A stretch of DNA of 64,000 bases from contig OZ243961.1 in NCBI GenBank assembly GCA_965214605.1, positions 2,336,001 to 2,400,000 of the forward strand. Reading direction: 5' to 3'. The stretch is from an uncultured Candidatus Binatia bacterium. Lineage in GTDB: Bacteria > Desulfobacterota > Binatia > Bin18. The position numbers were made by a program, and so were the translations under genes. Position 1 is the stretch's first letter. Each line of letters starts with the position of its first letter. A model generated the notes under the pieces. The model had not been told where the DNA came from. It ran no database searches and worked only from the letters and a program-made list of their open reading frames with translations. Below are positions 39,663 to 50,317 of this stretch, one piece after another.

Positions 39663-40063
39663 GGCTCCCTCCTGTGTCTCTCTGTCTGGCGGATTTCTAT
39701 CCGGTCTGCAAGCGTATTCTGCTGGCGGACGCGTCGAATGGCCCGCTGTCGTTTCATTTCGTACTGCTGACGGGCCTCGTCCCGATCGGAGTCTTTGCTT
39801 GGGGTGTCTTCTTCGCCATCAAACCAGGCCGTTACCGTGTTTTTGATACTCCTAGCCGTGCGCGAAAAAGCTGCTCGGGGCGCATCTCGGCCAACTACAC
39901 CCTGGATTTCTTTCCAAATGCTCTCGTCTTTGGCAAGAGGGGTGGGACGGAGCCGTTCGGTCTGGGTCACACAACCTGTCCCAAATGGTATGAAAGAAAG
40001 AAATACCACCAGACAAATGACTGGAATAGATTTCGGTGTGTCTGATGACGGCATGTTGCTCAA
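39659..40063 (-). CDS. Hypothetical protein, possible lipoprotein
   Basis: Hydrophobic leader followed by GTGC; stop overlaps the CocE start. Confidence 0.6.
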   Translation of the reverse strand: MSNMPSSDTPKSIPVICLVVFLSFIPFGTGCVTQTERLRPTPLAKDESIWKEIQGVVGRDAPRAAFSRTARSIKNTVTAWFDGEEDTPSKDSDRDEARQQYEMKRQRAIRRVRQQNTLADRIEIRQTERHRREP

Positions 40064-40186
40064 AGCCTTGTCTCATTTTAAGACATCCAACTCAAAAGGA
40101 TATGTCTTCTTTTCGTCCAGGTCTGCGTAATCGTCGGATATGAGGAATAGAAATCCCGGAATCTCTCTCTTTTTGTTCCCATATTC

Positions 40187-40203
40187 TTGGCACACTTCCT
40201 GCT
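40187..40203 (+). promoter_or_regulatory. Putative sigma-54 (-24/-12) promoter
   Basis: TTGGCACACTTCCTGCT: GG-N10-GC with TGGCAC, about 60 bp upstream of 40262. Confidence 0.65.
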
Positions 40204-40261
40204 CATTATGAAGAACATCGCCTAGGAAGAACATCGGCCTAGGACGAAGCGAGGAGAAGTC

Positions 40262-40717
40262 ATGTCCGATACCTTACTCACACGAGAACCTAGTCTACCA
40301 GAACTCGAGGCGGATATCCTCGTTCCTTCCCAGTTCTTCGACCGGCGTCAAGTCGAGGGCTCAGCCCAGCCTGAAAAACGTCTGATGCTAGCGGTCATGG
40401 AAGATGCCATCGCCACATTCCAGAAGTCTCTTCCCGAAGCCAACCGGCGTCAGCGACGGCTGCTCCGAGAAACCGAAGAGTGGATTCGGGCCACCGATAG
40501 GTCGTGGCCGTTCTCGTTTGAGAATATCTGTGCGGCCTTGGATATTGAGGTTGACTATCTGCGTCAGGGGCTGTTCAAGTGGAAAACCGCCCAGCAGACT
40601 CTCTACAAGGAGAGCCGCAGCACCCGCGCTCCTGTCTTACATTCCCCCTTTCGCCGCATCAGCGGCCGGCGGCATAGCCTGTCGGTGAACCACTCCACCT
40701 CGACACAAGCTGCCTAG
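40262..40717 (+). CDS. Conserved-looking hypothetical protein (PEKRLMLAV..FSFENIC motif)
   Basis: GAGGAG RBS; ILVPSQFF, PEKRLMLAVMEDAI, EEWI, WPFSFENICAALDIEVDYLR. Confidence 0.8.
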   Translation: MSDTLLTREPSLPELEADILVPSQFFDRRQVEGSAQPEKRLMLAVMEDAIATFQKSLPEANRRQRRLLRETEEWIRATDRSWPFSFENICAALDIEVDYLRQGLFKWKTAQQTLYKESRSTRAPVLHSPFRRISGRRHSLSVNHSTSTQAA

Positions 40718-40728
40718 AGCGGTATGGC

Positions 40729-41448
40729 TTAGGCGTCAAGCTGCTGACGAAAGCTGGCCGAGCGTCGGAGTATGTCGGCATACTGCTCCGCAGTCAGATG
40801 TCCGCGCACGAGTTCAAGCCGCAGGAACAGAAAATAGGTCTGAATAACATCGTGGCGGCAGTAGCGATGAATCTCAGGTAAACGTCCGTCTTCCCAGTAC
40901 TCCTGGACCCGAGAGCCGTCGATCCCGACTTTGCCCGGTAAGCCGACCAGTCTCGCCAGCAGATTGAGTCCACCCCGCAGGTGCTGGGCCCCGTAGTTGG
41001 TGATAAAGTCGTACAGATCGTAGTGGCCCTCTTCGCTAAACCGGTAGCGGGCTTTGCCGCTAAAGTACCGCGGAGCCAGGCAGCCGTATTTGAGCGCTTG
41101 GAGTTCGAGGACGGGCAGGTCGAAACTGCGTCCATTGAACGTGATCAGTGTCCCCCGAAAGCGGTCTAAACGCTGCCAAAAGGTCTGCACTATGGCTTCT
41201 TCGTCGGCGTCCTCTCCGCCTAGGGTCTCGACTGCGGTCAGGAGGTGGTCCTCATCGACCCGGCCCACGGCAATGGAGATAGGGATATGAAACGAGAAGG
41301 GAAAGAAGTCGCTGCCCTGCTCCTGCTTGAGGCGTTGTCGGATCTGGACATAGGCCTGTTCGTCCGAGCTGTTGTCGTCCGGCTGATATATCTGCCGGAC
41401 CAGCTGTTTGTCGATACGGGTCTCAATATCAAGAATGGTGTATCGCAT
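40729..41448 (-). CDS. Predicted 3'-5' exonuclease (PolB-exonuclease-like, DEDDy)
   Basis: LDIET, TFNGRSFDLPVL, HYDLYD, GLPGK, YCRHDV. Confidence 0.9.
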   Translation of the reverse strand: MRYTILDIETRIDKQLVRQIYQPDDNSSDEQAYVQIRQRLKQEQGSDFFPFSFHIPISIAVGRVDEDHLLTAVETLGGEDADEEAIVQTFWQRLDRFRGTLITFNGRSFDLPVLELQALKYGCLAPRYFSGKARYRFSEEGHYDLYDFITNYGAQHLRGGLNLLARLVGLPGKVGIDGSRVQEYWEDGRLPEIHRYCRHDVIQTYFLFLRLELVRGHLTAEQYADILRRSASFRQQLDA

Positions 41449-41462
41449 TGATGTACTTGGGG

Positions 41463-42461
41463 CTAATGAGACACAAACTTGATATAGCCGTCCTCTTGGA
41501 GCCGTTCGACCTTGCCGTCGTACATGAGCAGGTGGAGGTGCGAGAGGGTCTCAAACGCGGCAGCCATCAGATGAAAGATGGGGAGGTTCTCTTTGTCGAA
41601 GTCAAAGATATTCATGGCGATGTCGAAAGCCGTGATGGGAGTGCCGTGGGTCTGGTCATGAATTTCCTTGAGCCGATAGACGTGGTGCTGGATGATCTGT
41701 TTGGCCCGGTAGCGGTGGTCCTTGAAATTGCCACCGTGGGCGGGCAGGACTAGCTCGACGCCGAGCTCCTGGATTTTCTCATGTGAATTGATGAAATCCT
41801 TGAGCGGATTTTGTGGCCCGGAGTAGTACACGCCAACGTGGGGGGTGATTTTGGGCAAGAGGTGATCGCCGGCAATCATCACCTTGTCTGTGGGAAAATA
41901 AAAGCAGCAGTGGCCGGGGGTATGACCCGGCGTCCAGACGGCCTGCACCTCGCGGTCTCCGACACACAGGGTGTCTCCGTCTTCAATCGGACGATCCGGT
42001 GTGACGGGGAGATAGCGCGTGCCGAAATGGCTGGCCGGGCTGGGCAGGCCATTTGGAAACTCCTCTAGCGGAATGCCGTGGGCCCGAAAGAACTCCAGCG
42101 CCTCGGGCGAGGGCTGCGTGGACTGCATCCGCTCGACCCGCTGGTTTTCAAGCGGGTTGAGATAGACCTCGGCGCCGGTCATTTCTTTGTAGGGCCGCGA
42201 GGTGCCAAAGTGGTCGGCATGATGGTGGGTACAGATCAGCTTGCGAATGGCCGAAGGCGGACAGCCGACCTGAGCGATGGCCGATTTGAGGGTGGCCACA
42301 CTCTCTTCCGTGTGCATACCGGTGTCAAACAGCGCCCATTCGTCCTGGTCGCGGACGAGGTGAATATTGACAATGCTGGGCCGCATCGGCAGCGGCATAT
42401 GGATTTGATAGATCCCCGCAGCAACTTCGCGAATCTTGGCTTCTGGCATGGATTTACTCAT
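41463..42461 (-). CDS. MBL fold metallo-hydrolase
   Basis: THHHADHFG, TPGHTPGH, GDHLLPKITP, PAHG. Confidence 0.93.
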   Translation of the reverse strand: MSKSMPEAKIREVAAGIYQIHMPLPMRPSIVNIHLVRDQDEWALFDTGMHTEESVATLKSAIAQVGCPPSAIRKLICTHHHADHFGTSRPYKEMTGAEVYLNPLENQRVERMQSTQPSPEALEFFRAHGIPLEEFPNGLPSPASHFGTRYLPVTPDRPIEDGDTLCVGDREVQAVWTPGHTPGHCCFYFPTDKVMIAGDHLLPKITPHVGVYYSGPQNPLKDFINSHEKIQELGVELVLPAHGGNFKDHRYRAKQIIQHHVYRLKEIHDQTHGTPITAFDIAMNIFDFDKENLPIFHLMAAAFETLSHLHLLMYDGKVERLQEDGYIKFVSH

Positions 42462-42666
42462 GGACGCGATCTTTGACCGGGAAGGTCGCCTTGATTTTGA
42501 CTTTCCACAGCGCGATGTCTCCGTTCTCAACAACCGCTTTGATATCGGTTACTGCCACTTCCTGAATACCACTAATTGTGACGGCCGCGCGGGAGACCGC
42601 CAGCGAGACCGCATCCTCAAGCCCGACTTTTGAGTTGCCGGTGAGTTCTATTGTCTTCTCAACCAT
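42454..42666 (-). CDS. Dodecin family protein
   Basis: KTIELTGNS..EDAV..AV.RA..TI..WKVKIKATF; AGGAGG RBS. Confidence 0.88.
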   Translation of the reverse strand: MVEKTIELTGNSKVGLEDAVSLAVSRAAVTISGIQEVAVTDIKAVVENGDIALWKVKIKATFPVKDRVHE

Positions 42667-42705
42667 TGTCAAACCTCCTTGGTTAGAACACAGCAGGGCG
42701 GGAAT

Positions 42706-43350
42706 CTAGCGTTCAATGGACGCAGGATCGGGTGAGGGTGAGTCGAGCGCGGCAGGCACCGGCAGCGTATCCGGCGAACCTGACAGATGGACATAGATGA
42801 CCTGCCTGGCACGGGTCAGGAGCCCGCGCAGCGTATCGGCATTCTCCGGCTCAACAATCTGCTGGACCAAAACGCCGCTCAGCGTGGCCATAATGAGCGC
42901 TGCGTCTTCGGTCGGTTTTACGCGAGTGGTAAAGTGTCCGGTCTCCCGACCACGCTCAAGAATGGTGGCCAGCAGGCCCCGGTAGACTCGGTAGAGGCTG
43001 CTCACGTGGGCCACCAGATCTTTGGAGTTTTCTTCTTCACGCACGACTTGACCGAGCATGAATTTCACCGAATTCGCGTTTTCGGCAATGAACTGCGAGT
43101 AATCGGTAATCAGCTTCTCCAGCTGTTGTCGAGCGTTGAGGCCGAGCAGTGTATTTTCGTCAATCGCGTAGGGGGCGAGAAAGTGTTGCAGGGCGGTCCG
43201 AAACAGCTGCTTTTTGGTCTCGAAATACCACAGAATGAGCGCTTTACTGACCTGGGCTTCCCGAGCAACCTGGGCCAATGAAGTATCGGCATAGCCCTGG
43301 GTGGCAAACAGCTGGCCTGCTGTTTTCAGTATTCTTTCGCGTGTCGCCAC
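42706..43350 (-). CDS. TetR/AcrR family regulator
   Basis: RERILKTAGQLFATQGYADTSLAQVAREAQVSKALILWYFETK. Confidence 0.92.
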   Translation of the reverse strand: MATRERILKTAGQLFATQGYADTSLAQVAREAQVSKALILWYFETKKQLFRTALQHFLAPYAIDENTLLGLNARQQLEKLITDYSQFIAENANSVKFMLGQVVREEENSKDLVAHVSSLYRVYRGLLATILERGRETGHFTTRVKPTEDAALIMATLSGVLVQQIVEPENADTLRGLLTRARQVIYVHLSGSPDTLPVPAALDSPSPDPASIER

Positions 43351-43453
43351 GCTTGCAGCGTATGGAAAATGCTTTCCACTGTCAACGAGAAAGAGCTGCC
43401 CCGGGGCGAGCCGATCCGGGGCCGATCAGCTCGCAGAAGAGGACGGCCACCGC

Positions 43454-46081
43454 TTAGGCGGCCGCCGGCGCTTGTGTCTGAGAGGAGAAGCTGAGACGGT
43501 TTCCGTCCCAATCCACCACAACACGATCGTGCTCTCTGATTTCGTCGGCCAGCAGCTTGCGTCCCAGCTGCGTTTCGATCTCCTTTTGCAACAGCCGCTT
43601 GAGCGGCCGCGCTCCGTAGCTCGGATCATAGCCGGTCTGGGCAAAGTAGTCCTTGGCCTGCTCGGTCAGGGTAAGGCTGATGTGGCGCTCAGCAAGGCGA
43701 GTCCGCAGCCGTTCGAGCTGAATATCGACGATCGCTTTCAAGTCTTCCCGCGACAGGCTATGGAAGACGACCGTCTCATCAACCCGGTTGAGGAATTCCG
43801 GCCGGAACTGTTGGCGCAGGGCGTCGAGCACCTCACGCCGCATGTGGTCATAGGTGGTCGGATCACTCCCGCCCCGATGGCCTAGAATGTGCTGGCTGCC
43901 GACATTCGAGGTCATAATCACAACGCAGTTTTTGAAATCCACAGTCCGGCCATGACCGTCGGTCAGCCGTCCATCGTCCAGGATCTGCAACAGCGCGTTG
44001 AACACGTCGGGGTGGGCCTTTTCGATCTCGTCAAACAGGATGACCGCATACGGACGTCGCCGCACCGCTTCGGTTAGTTGGCCGCCCTCGTCATAGCCGA
44101 CATAGCCCGGAGGCGCGCCGATCAAACGGGCCACGGTGTGCTTCTCCATATACTCGGACATATCAAGGCGGATCATGTTGTTTTCGTCGTCAAACAAAAA
44201 CTCGGCCAACGCCCGTCCCAGCTCGGTTTTGCCGACCCCGGTCGGACCCAGAAAGATAAACGAACCGATCGGACGGTTGGGATCTTTTAGCCCTGAGCGG
44301 GCGCGGATCACCGCGTCGGCCACCGCCTGGACGGCCTCTTCCTGACCGATCAGGCGTTTGTGGATGTGGTCCCCTAAGCGGAGCAATTTTTCCCGTTCGC
44401 CTTCGAGCAGCTTGGCGATCGGAATCCCTGTCCAGCGCGAGACGACCGCGGCCACATCGTCTTCGTCAACTTCTTCTTTCAGCAGACGCGTCCCCCCCTG
44501 ACCGTCCTGGAGGCGGCCCTCTTCGTCCGCCAACTCGCGCTCGAGCTGGGCCAGTTGTCCGTAGCGCAGCTCGGCCACCCGGTTGAGGTCATACTCGCGT
44601 TCGGCTTGTTCGATGTGAAGCCGAGTTTTCTCGATCTCTTCCTTGAGTTCGCGCAGCCGTCCAATAGCGCTCTTTTCCCTTTCCCAGTGGGCGCGGAGCT
44701 GGTCGGCCTCGGCCCGACAATCGGCCAGCTCTTTTTCAAGCGCGTTGAGTCGCTCGCGCGAGCCCTGGTCGGTTTCTTTGCGCAGGGCCTCCCGTTCAAT
44801 CTCAAGCTGCATCACCCTGCGTGAAACCTCGTCTAGCTCGGTTGGCATCGAGTCGATCTCGGTGCGCAGTTTTGCCGCGGCCTCGTCAATCAGATCGATC
44901 GCCTTATCGGGCAGGAAGCGGTCGCTGATATAGCGGTGTGACAGCACCGCGGCGCTGACGAGGGCGGCGTCTTTAATCCGGACGCCGTGGTGGACTTCGT
45001 ACCGCTCGCGCAGACCGCGTAAAATCGAGATGGTGTCGGCCACCGTCGGTTGGTCAACCACGACCGGCTGGAAGCGGCGCTCCAAGGCTCGGTCTTTCTC
45101 AATATATTTGCTGTACTCGTCCAAGGTGGTGGCGCCGATGCAGTGCAGCTCGCCTCGCGCCAGCATGGGTTTCAGCAGATTGGAGGCGTCCATTGCGCCC
45201 TCTGCGCCGCCCGCCCCGACCACGGTGTGGAGCTCGTCGATGAACAGCACGACGGCGCCCTCCGACTCTTGGACTTCTTTGAGGACGGCTTTGAGGCGTT
45301 CCTCGAACTCGCCCCGGAACTTTGCCCCGGCAATCAGCGCGCCCATATCGAGCACGATCAGCTTTTTGTTTTTCAGGCTTTCGGGAACATCGCCCCGAAC
45401 AATCCGTTGGGCGAGGCCCTCGACAAGGGCCGTTTTCCCGACACCCGGATCACCGATTAAGACCGGGTTGTTCTTTGTCCGTCGTGACAAGACCTGCACG
45501 ACCCGCCGAATTTCCTCATCGCGTCCGATGACAGGGTCTAGCTTCCCCTGGTCGGCCAGCTGGGTGAGATCGCGGCCATAGCGTTCAAGGGCTTGGTAGG
45601 TCGTCTCCGGATTTTGACTCGTCACCCGTTGATGGCCCCGCACCTTCCGGAGTGCCGCCATCAGCGAGTCACGGCTGAGGCCCAGGGAGCGCAGAAGACG
45701 GCCTGCCGCCGCGCGCGTATCGGTCAGCATCGCCAGCAGCAAATGCTCCACGCTCACATAGTCGTCCTTAAGCCCTGCGGCCTCGTCTTGGGCCTGGGTC
45801 AACAGCTGAGCCAGACGCGGGGTGATATGCACGGCTTGACGATCCATGCCCGGGCTGGACACCTGGGGAATTTTGCGTAGCTCCTGTTCCAAGCCGTCCC
45901 TGACCGCGCTGGGTGCAATACCGGCCGCCGCCAGCAGGGCTGCGGCTAATCCGTCTTGTTGCTCGACGAGTGTGGCCAGCAGGTGTTCGACGTCGAGGCC
46001 CTGATGGTGGCGACGGATGGCGAGTGCTTGCGCCTCGTGAAGTGCTTCTTGAGATTTTTCGGTAAAACGATTGAGATCCAT
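43454..46081 (-). CDS. clpB: ATP-dependent chaperone ClpB
   Basis: [23 protein letters not shown], coiled-coil middle domain, [15 protein letters not shown]; start MDLNRFT. Confidence 0.97.
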   Translation of the reverse strand: MDLNRFTEKSQEALHEAQALAIRRHHQGLDVEHLLATLVEQQDGLAAALLAAAGIAPSAVRDGLEQELRKIPQVSSPGMDRQAVHITPRLAQLLTQAQDEAAGLKDDYVSVEHLLLAMLTDTRAAAGRLLRSLGLSRDSLMAALRKVRGHQRVTSQNPETTYQALERYGRDLTQLADQGKLDPVIGRDEEIRRVVQVLSRRTKNNPVLIGDPGVGKTALVEGLAQRIVRGDVPESLKNKKLIVLDMGALIAGAKFRGEFEERLKAVLKEVQESEGAVVLFIDELHTVVGAGGAEGAMDASNLLKPMLARGELHCIGATTLDEYSKYIEKDRALERRFQPVVVDQPTVADTISILRGLRERYEVHHGVRIKDAALVSAAVLSHRYISDRFLPDKAIDLIDEAAAKLRTEIDSMPTELDEVSRRVMQLEIEREALRKETDQGSRERLNALEKELADCRAEADQLRAHWEREKSAIGRLRELKEEIEKTRLHIEQAEREYDLNRVAELRYGQLAQLERELADEEGRLQDGQGGTRLLKEEVDEDDVAAVVSRWTGIPIAKLLEGEREKLLRLGDHIHKRLIGQEEAVQAVADAVIRARSGLKDPNRPIGSFIFLGPTGVGKTELGRALAEFLFDDENNMIRLDMSEYMEKHTVARLIGAPPGYVGYDEGGQLTEAVRRRPYAVILFDEIEKAHPDVFNALLQILDDGRLTDGHGRTVDFKNCVVIMTSNVGSQHILGHRGGSDPTTYDHMRREVLDALRQQFRPEFLNRVDETVVFHSLSREDLKAIVDIQLERLRTRLAERHISLTLTEQAKDYFAQTGYDPSYGARPLKRLLQKEIETQLGRKLLADEIREHDRVVVDWDGNRLSFSSQTQAPAAA

Positions 46082-46248
46082 AATTGTCCTCCCTCCACGC
46101 GGGCCAGCCGGCCCGTCCCTGTTCAAAAACTAAGGCGGGTTGGAGGGATGTCAAGGAAGAAGAGGAACTGAGAGTGATGCGCGGGGCCGAGAGCGAACGA
46201 AGAACCGGCTCAGGCCGTGCCCAGCCGAAAAGCGGGCCAATTGAGCGG

Positions 46249-47160
46249 CTAGGTCAGATAGGTATTAAAGCGCTCATTGACTTCTTGCTGGATATAAAAC
46301 ACCGCTTTGCCGATCTGATCAGCGGTCCAGGTGATGCATGGAAAGTCAGGATAGGTCGTATAGCCGCCCGAGAAGACCTCATTGCGGTTGCCGTTGGGAC
46401 CAAAGAAATAGATCGTTGTCCCCCGGGTAATTCCGTGACGGGTCGGTCCCATATCAATTTTGAGATTATTACGCGACAGCGTGTCGCCGGCCCGTAGAAT
46501 ATCGTTCCAGCTGTCAAGCCAAAAGGCATAGTGGTGGAGCTTGCCGTTGGGACCTCTGACAAAGGCGATATCGTGTGCTTTGTTCGAACAGAATAGAAAA
46601 GCCGCCAGCAGTTCATCGCTGTGCTGGTCCGGGACAATCCGCTCGCTCATCCGAAAGCCCAGCGCCTGGGTGAAAAAATCAACGTTGGTCTGGACGTCTT
46701 CGGCCGTCAGCAGCAGATGGTCAAGGCGGGACGGAGCGATATCCGTCTGTTGGCTCGGCCAGGGGGCGGGGTTGAGCACGCCAACGCTGGTGCCCAGCTG
46801 CTGGGCTTCGGCGTACAGTTCCAGCACGTGATCCGAGGGCAGGGTACATCGCAGCGCCTCCCCCTGGCCCAGATTTTCTCCCTTTGAGACCCGCTTGACG
46901 CTCAGGCCAAAGGTGTGGGCGGCGTGTTCTATACGCGCGAGGTCGTCTGGGCTCTCGACCTTATAGCCCATTTTGATCAGCCCTAAGCCGCCGTTTTCAA
47001 TAACGACACTGTGGTGGTCGTACTCGTCCCAGCACTTAAAGTAGCGCTTGCCGTCCTGACGGGTGACCTCTTGGAGACCCAGCACCTGCGTATAGTATTG
47101 ACTGGCTTTCTCAAGATCGGTTTCGCGTACATGAACAAACCCCAGTCGCATAACACCCAT
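46249..47160 (-). CDS. Catechol 2,3-dioxygenase (extradiol, VOC fold)
   Basis: CWDEYDHHS, RLDHLLL, HDIAF, KLHHYAF, GPTRHGITRGTTIYFF..GNRNEVF; start MGVMRLG. Confidence 0.92.
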   Translation of the reverse strand: MGVMRLGFVHVRETDLEKASQYYTQVLGLQEVTRQDGKRYFKCWDEYDHHSVVIENGGLGLIKMGYKVESPDDLARIEHAAHTFGLSVKRVSKGENLGQGEALRCTLPSDHVLELYAEAQQLGTSVGVLNPAPWPSQQTDIAPSRLDHLLLTAEDVQTNVDFFTQALGFRMSERIVPDQHSDELLAAFLFCSNKAHDIAFVRGPNGKLHHYAFWLDSWNDILRAGDTLSRNNLKIDMGPTRHGITRGTTIYFFGPNGNRNEVFSGGYTTYPDFPCITWTADQIGKAVFYIQQEVNERFNTYLT

Positions 47161-47283
47161 GGTACATCCCTCCGGTGCGGTGATAGTGTGAGGTATAGCA
47201 GGAAAGCGACCAGGGAGAAATGTGGTGTGGATTCTTCGCCTGGGTCGTTGTTGTCTCAGTCTGGAATAGCTAAGGTCCGGCCT

Positions 47284-47628
47284 ATGAAATGCCGCTACTG
47301 CCACGATCGTGCCGGTTTTCGCCGAGTGTGTGTCGACTGCCGTCGATTACTGGCAATCTATACCCAGCACCAGGGCCGACTCGGCTTGCTCCAATTCTTG
47401 GATCTGTTCATTGACACGGGTCTGTCCCAGGAGAAGATTGAAGCGTTTATGAATGCTGATCCCACCGGTCAGGGGAGCATCAAAGATCGGATCACGGCCG
47501 ACATGAGTACCGAACTGCTGGGAGCGATGGGGGTCAACACGCGGCAAACCGCCCACGACGTCAAGCGGCTACGGAACCAGGGCAACTGGCAGAGCATGGA
47601 TGAACGCCCTGAGGAGGGCAAAAAATGA
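47284..47628 (+). CDS. Hypothetical protein with N-terminal CxxC..CxxC
   Basis: MKCRYCHDRAGFRRVCVDC. Confidence 0.65.
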   Translation: MKCRYCHDRAGFRRVCVDCRRLLAIYTQHQGRLGLLQFLDLFIDTGLSQEKIEAFMNADPTGQGSIKDRITADMSTELLGAMGVNTRQTAHDVKRLRNQGNWQSMDERPEEGKK

Positions 47629-47661
47629 GGCACGCTGATGAACGGCTGGCCAGATGAGAGC

Positions 47662-48069
47662 TTAGACGCTTCGGTGCAACAGTTTGCGGATCAGCTTGCG
47701 GCCGTAGAAACGGCTGGCGCCGAGCGAGAATGAACGCCGCTTAGCCAGATCAAGACGAATCATCTTCCACTCGATTTCTTTGACCAGGGCCTTGCGCTGC
47801 CCGTCTTCCTCAACGTATTTCAGCAGATCTTGCAGGCTGTTGATCTCTTTGTGGAGAGCGGCTTCGAGCGGCAGGACGTGGGCGTTTTTCAGAATATGAT
47901 AGGCGAGGCGCAGGTCTTCCGGCACCCCACTCAGGTCTTGGGACTGCAGAGGTTTGCCCTTGCCGGGCAAGTTGTCAAACACGCCCCGTTGTTGGGCGTC
48001 ATGAATACGCTTCTCAGCAATCCGGCTAAAAAAGGAGGACGCCACGCCGTTTCCTCTGCCGCTGAGCAT
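47662..48069 (-). CDS. DUF1992 family protein
   Basis: IAEKRIHDAQQRGVFDNLPGKGKPL..PEDLRLAYHILKNA. Confidence 0.9.
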   Translation of the reverse strand: MLSGRGNGVASSFFSRIAEKRIHDAQQRGVFDNLPGKGKPLQSQDLSGVPEDLRLAYHILKNAHVLPLEAALHKEINSLQDLLKYVEEDGQRKALVKEIEWKMIRLDLAKRRSFSLGASRFYGRKLIRKLLHRSV

Positions 48070-48161
48070 AGTGGGCCGCGTTTGGAATTGTCAACTCGTC
48101 TTGATTCCTCCAGCCCTGCGGGGCTATGAAAGGGAGCACATTTCAGGAGCAGGAGGACAGT

Positions 48162-49076
48162 ATGGCAGAAATTGAATTTGGCACCGCGCTACCGGGAACG
48201 GATGGAACCGCGGAATTTGCCCGACGGGTGGAAGAGCTGGGGTTTGACTATTTGGGCTGTGGCGAGCATGTGATGTTCCACGGACCCGTCGGAAATACCT
48301 TTATCTCGCTGTCGGTGGCGGCTGGAGCAACCCAAAAGATCAAATTGATCAGCTCAATTGTGTTGCTGCCGCTGTATCCAGCGGCTCTGGTAGCCAAGAT
48401 GGGCTCGGCCCTCGATGTGGCTTCCAACGGGCGCTACCATTTTGGAGTTGGCATTGGCGGCGAATTTCCCAAGGAGTTCGAGGCCTGCGGGGTCCCGGTC
48501 AAGCAGCGCGGCTCGCGGACAAATGAAGCCCTGGAAGTGGTCACCCGCTTATGGACTGAGAAAAAGGTGTCTTTTGCCGGCAGGTATACGACGCTGAACG
48601 AGGTCACGATTGAGCCCGCTCCGGTTCAAAAACCGCGGCCGCCGATTTGGGTTGCCGGCCGCAAAGATCCGGCCATGCAGCGTACCGCCAAGTACGCTGA
48701 TGGTTGGCTGCCGTATATGTATACGCCCCAGCAACTGCACGACAGCATTGAGAAAATTAAAGCCTACCGCAAAGAGGCGGGCCGCGATGTCGAGTCCTTT
48801 ATCCCCGGCGTCTTCATCTTTACCGCCACACACGCCAACGGCGACACCGGCCGCGAGATGGTCGCCACCCGGCTCGGCAGACAGTACGCCCAGGATTTCT
48901 CAAAGCTGGCCGGAAAATACGCCCTGGCCGGTACACCCGATGACTGCCGTAAGCGCTTACAGGAGTACATCGACGCCGGGGCAAAAATGGTCATGCTGCC
49001 GTCGGCCTGCCCCGCCGATTATATTGAGGAGAACACGCGGCTTATCGCCCAGGAGATTATTCCGGCGTTTCGATAA
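48162..49076 (+). CDS. LLM class flavin/F420-dependent oxidoreductase
   Basis: GEHV, LDVASNGRYHFGVGIGG, PAPVQKPRPPIWVAG, ADGWLP; AGGAGG RBS. Confidence 0.94.
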   Translation: MAEIEFGTALPGTDGTAEFARRVEELGFDYLGCGEHVMFHGPVGNTFISLSVAAGATQKIKLISSIVLLPLYPAALVAKMGSALDVASNGRYHFGVGIGGEFPKEFEACGVPVKQRGSRTNEALEVVTRLWTEKKVSFAGRYTTLNEVTIEPAPVQKPRPPIWVAGRKDPAMQRTAKYADGWLPYMYTPQQLHDSIEKIKAYRKEAGRDVESFIPGVFIFTATHANGDTGREMVATRLGRQYAQDFSKLAGKYALAGTPDDCRKRLQEYIDAGAKMVMLPSACPADYIEENTRLIAQEIIPAFR

Positions 49077-49346
49077 TCAGTTCTCAGATTTGCCCCGAGT
49101 GTCGTCAGCCTGACACTCGGCACTACAGAACGCACGCGTCTTGCTGCGTACCGACACCCGAAGGGCTTGAGGCTCGGGGATGAATTTCCCACACTGCGTG
49201 CACTGGACCAGCGGTGTCCCGGTTGTTTCTAGCGGGTCTTTCCGATCGTGAGATATCCGATCGGTCGAACCGAAGAGGCTGCCTACCCCACGGTAGATGA
49301 GGTACACAGCCCCTGCAACAATCAGGAGGCGAAGCAACCCTCCCAT
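49077..49346 (-). CDS. Small membrane-anchored TRASH/YHS-like zinc-finger protein
   Basis: N-terminal TM; LVQCTQCGKFIP..FCSAEC. Confidence 0.75.
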   Translation of the reverse strand: MGGLLRLLIVAGAVYLIYRGVGSLFGSTDRISHDRKDPLETTGTPLVQCTQCGKFIPEPQALRVSVRSKTRAFCSAECQADDTRGKSEN

Positions 49347-49348
49347 TT

Positions 49349-50302
49349 TCAGCCTTCGCGTGAGTCCTGCTGAGAGCCTGGCTCGGGCTGGCCATTGCCC
49401 GCGCTGCTCTCCTGCACCACCGGTATCTCATTCTCTTGGTTATAATCGCTGCCTGGGCTCTGCAAGTAGTTGAGCAGTTCCGAGCTGGCCGGCAGCACCA
49501 GGGTGGTGCCGGGGGTCAGAATCCTCTCATAGGTCTGCAAACGCCGGGTAAAGGCGTAGAACTCTTCGTCTTGACCAAATGCGTTCGCGTAGATTTGAGT
49601 CGCCTCGGCGTCGCCCTCGCCCTTGAGCTTTTCGCTCACTTCGTAGGCGGTAGCCAGGATGACTTCGCGCTCACGTTCCGCCCCGGCCCGCACCTCGCGA
49701 GCCTTTTCTTCGCCTTCGGCCCGATAGCGTTTGGCAATCCGCTCCCGTTCGGCCCGCATGCGGGCAAAGACGCTGGCCTGAACTTCTTTGGGCAGGTCGA
49801 GACGTTTGATCCGCACGTCGCGGACCTCAATACCAAACGACTTTGAGGTTTCGATGGTGTCTTTGGTCACCACCTGCATAATATTTTCCCGCTCTGCTCG
49901 AATCACGTCCAGAAAATTATGCTTGGCGATCTCTTGCCGCAGACGGGCGGAGATAATCGCGTCGAGACGGGTCCGGGCTTGCTGTGGATTACGCACGCTG
50001 CGGTAGAACTCAAGCGGGTGTTCGATCCGCCAGCGAGAAACGTGATCGATCAATACCCGCTTTTTGTCGAGCGTGAGATACTCCGCCGGGCGGGCATCGG
50101 TTGTCAAGACTCGCTTATCGAACCGAATCAGCCGGTGCATGAAGGGGATTTTGAAATACAGTCCAGGGTCGCGTAAGGTCCGTTGCCACTGGCCGAACTG
50201 GAGGATAATCCCCTGCTCCCACTCGCCAACGGTGAAGGCAGGCTGCAAGATAGCAAAGGCAAAAACAACGACTAAACTGAGACCAACCAGCAGGCGTACC
50301 AT
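49349..50302 (-). CDS. hflC: FtsH protease modulator HflC
   Basis: PGLYFKIPF, FGIEVRDVRIKRLDLP, RMRAERER.A..YRAEG, GEGDAEA, EFYAF.R. Confidence 0.95.
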   Translation of the reverse strand: MVRLLVGLSLVVVFAFAILQPAFTVGEWEQGIILQFGQWQRTLRDPGLYFKIPFMHRLIRFDKRVLTTDARPAEYLTLDKKRVLIDHVSRWRIEHPLEFYRSVRNPQQARTRLDAIISARLRQEIAKHNFLDVIRAERENIMQVVTKDTIETSKSFGIEVRDVRIKRLDLPKEVQASVFARMRAERERIAKRYRAEGEEKAREVRAGAEREREVILATAYEVSEKLKGEGDAEATQIYANAFGQDEEFYAFTRRLQTYERILTPGTTLVLPASSELLNYLQSPGSDYNQENEIPVVQESSAGNGQPEPGSQQDSREG

Positions 50303-50317
50303 AGTGTCCCTCCTTCG

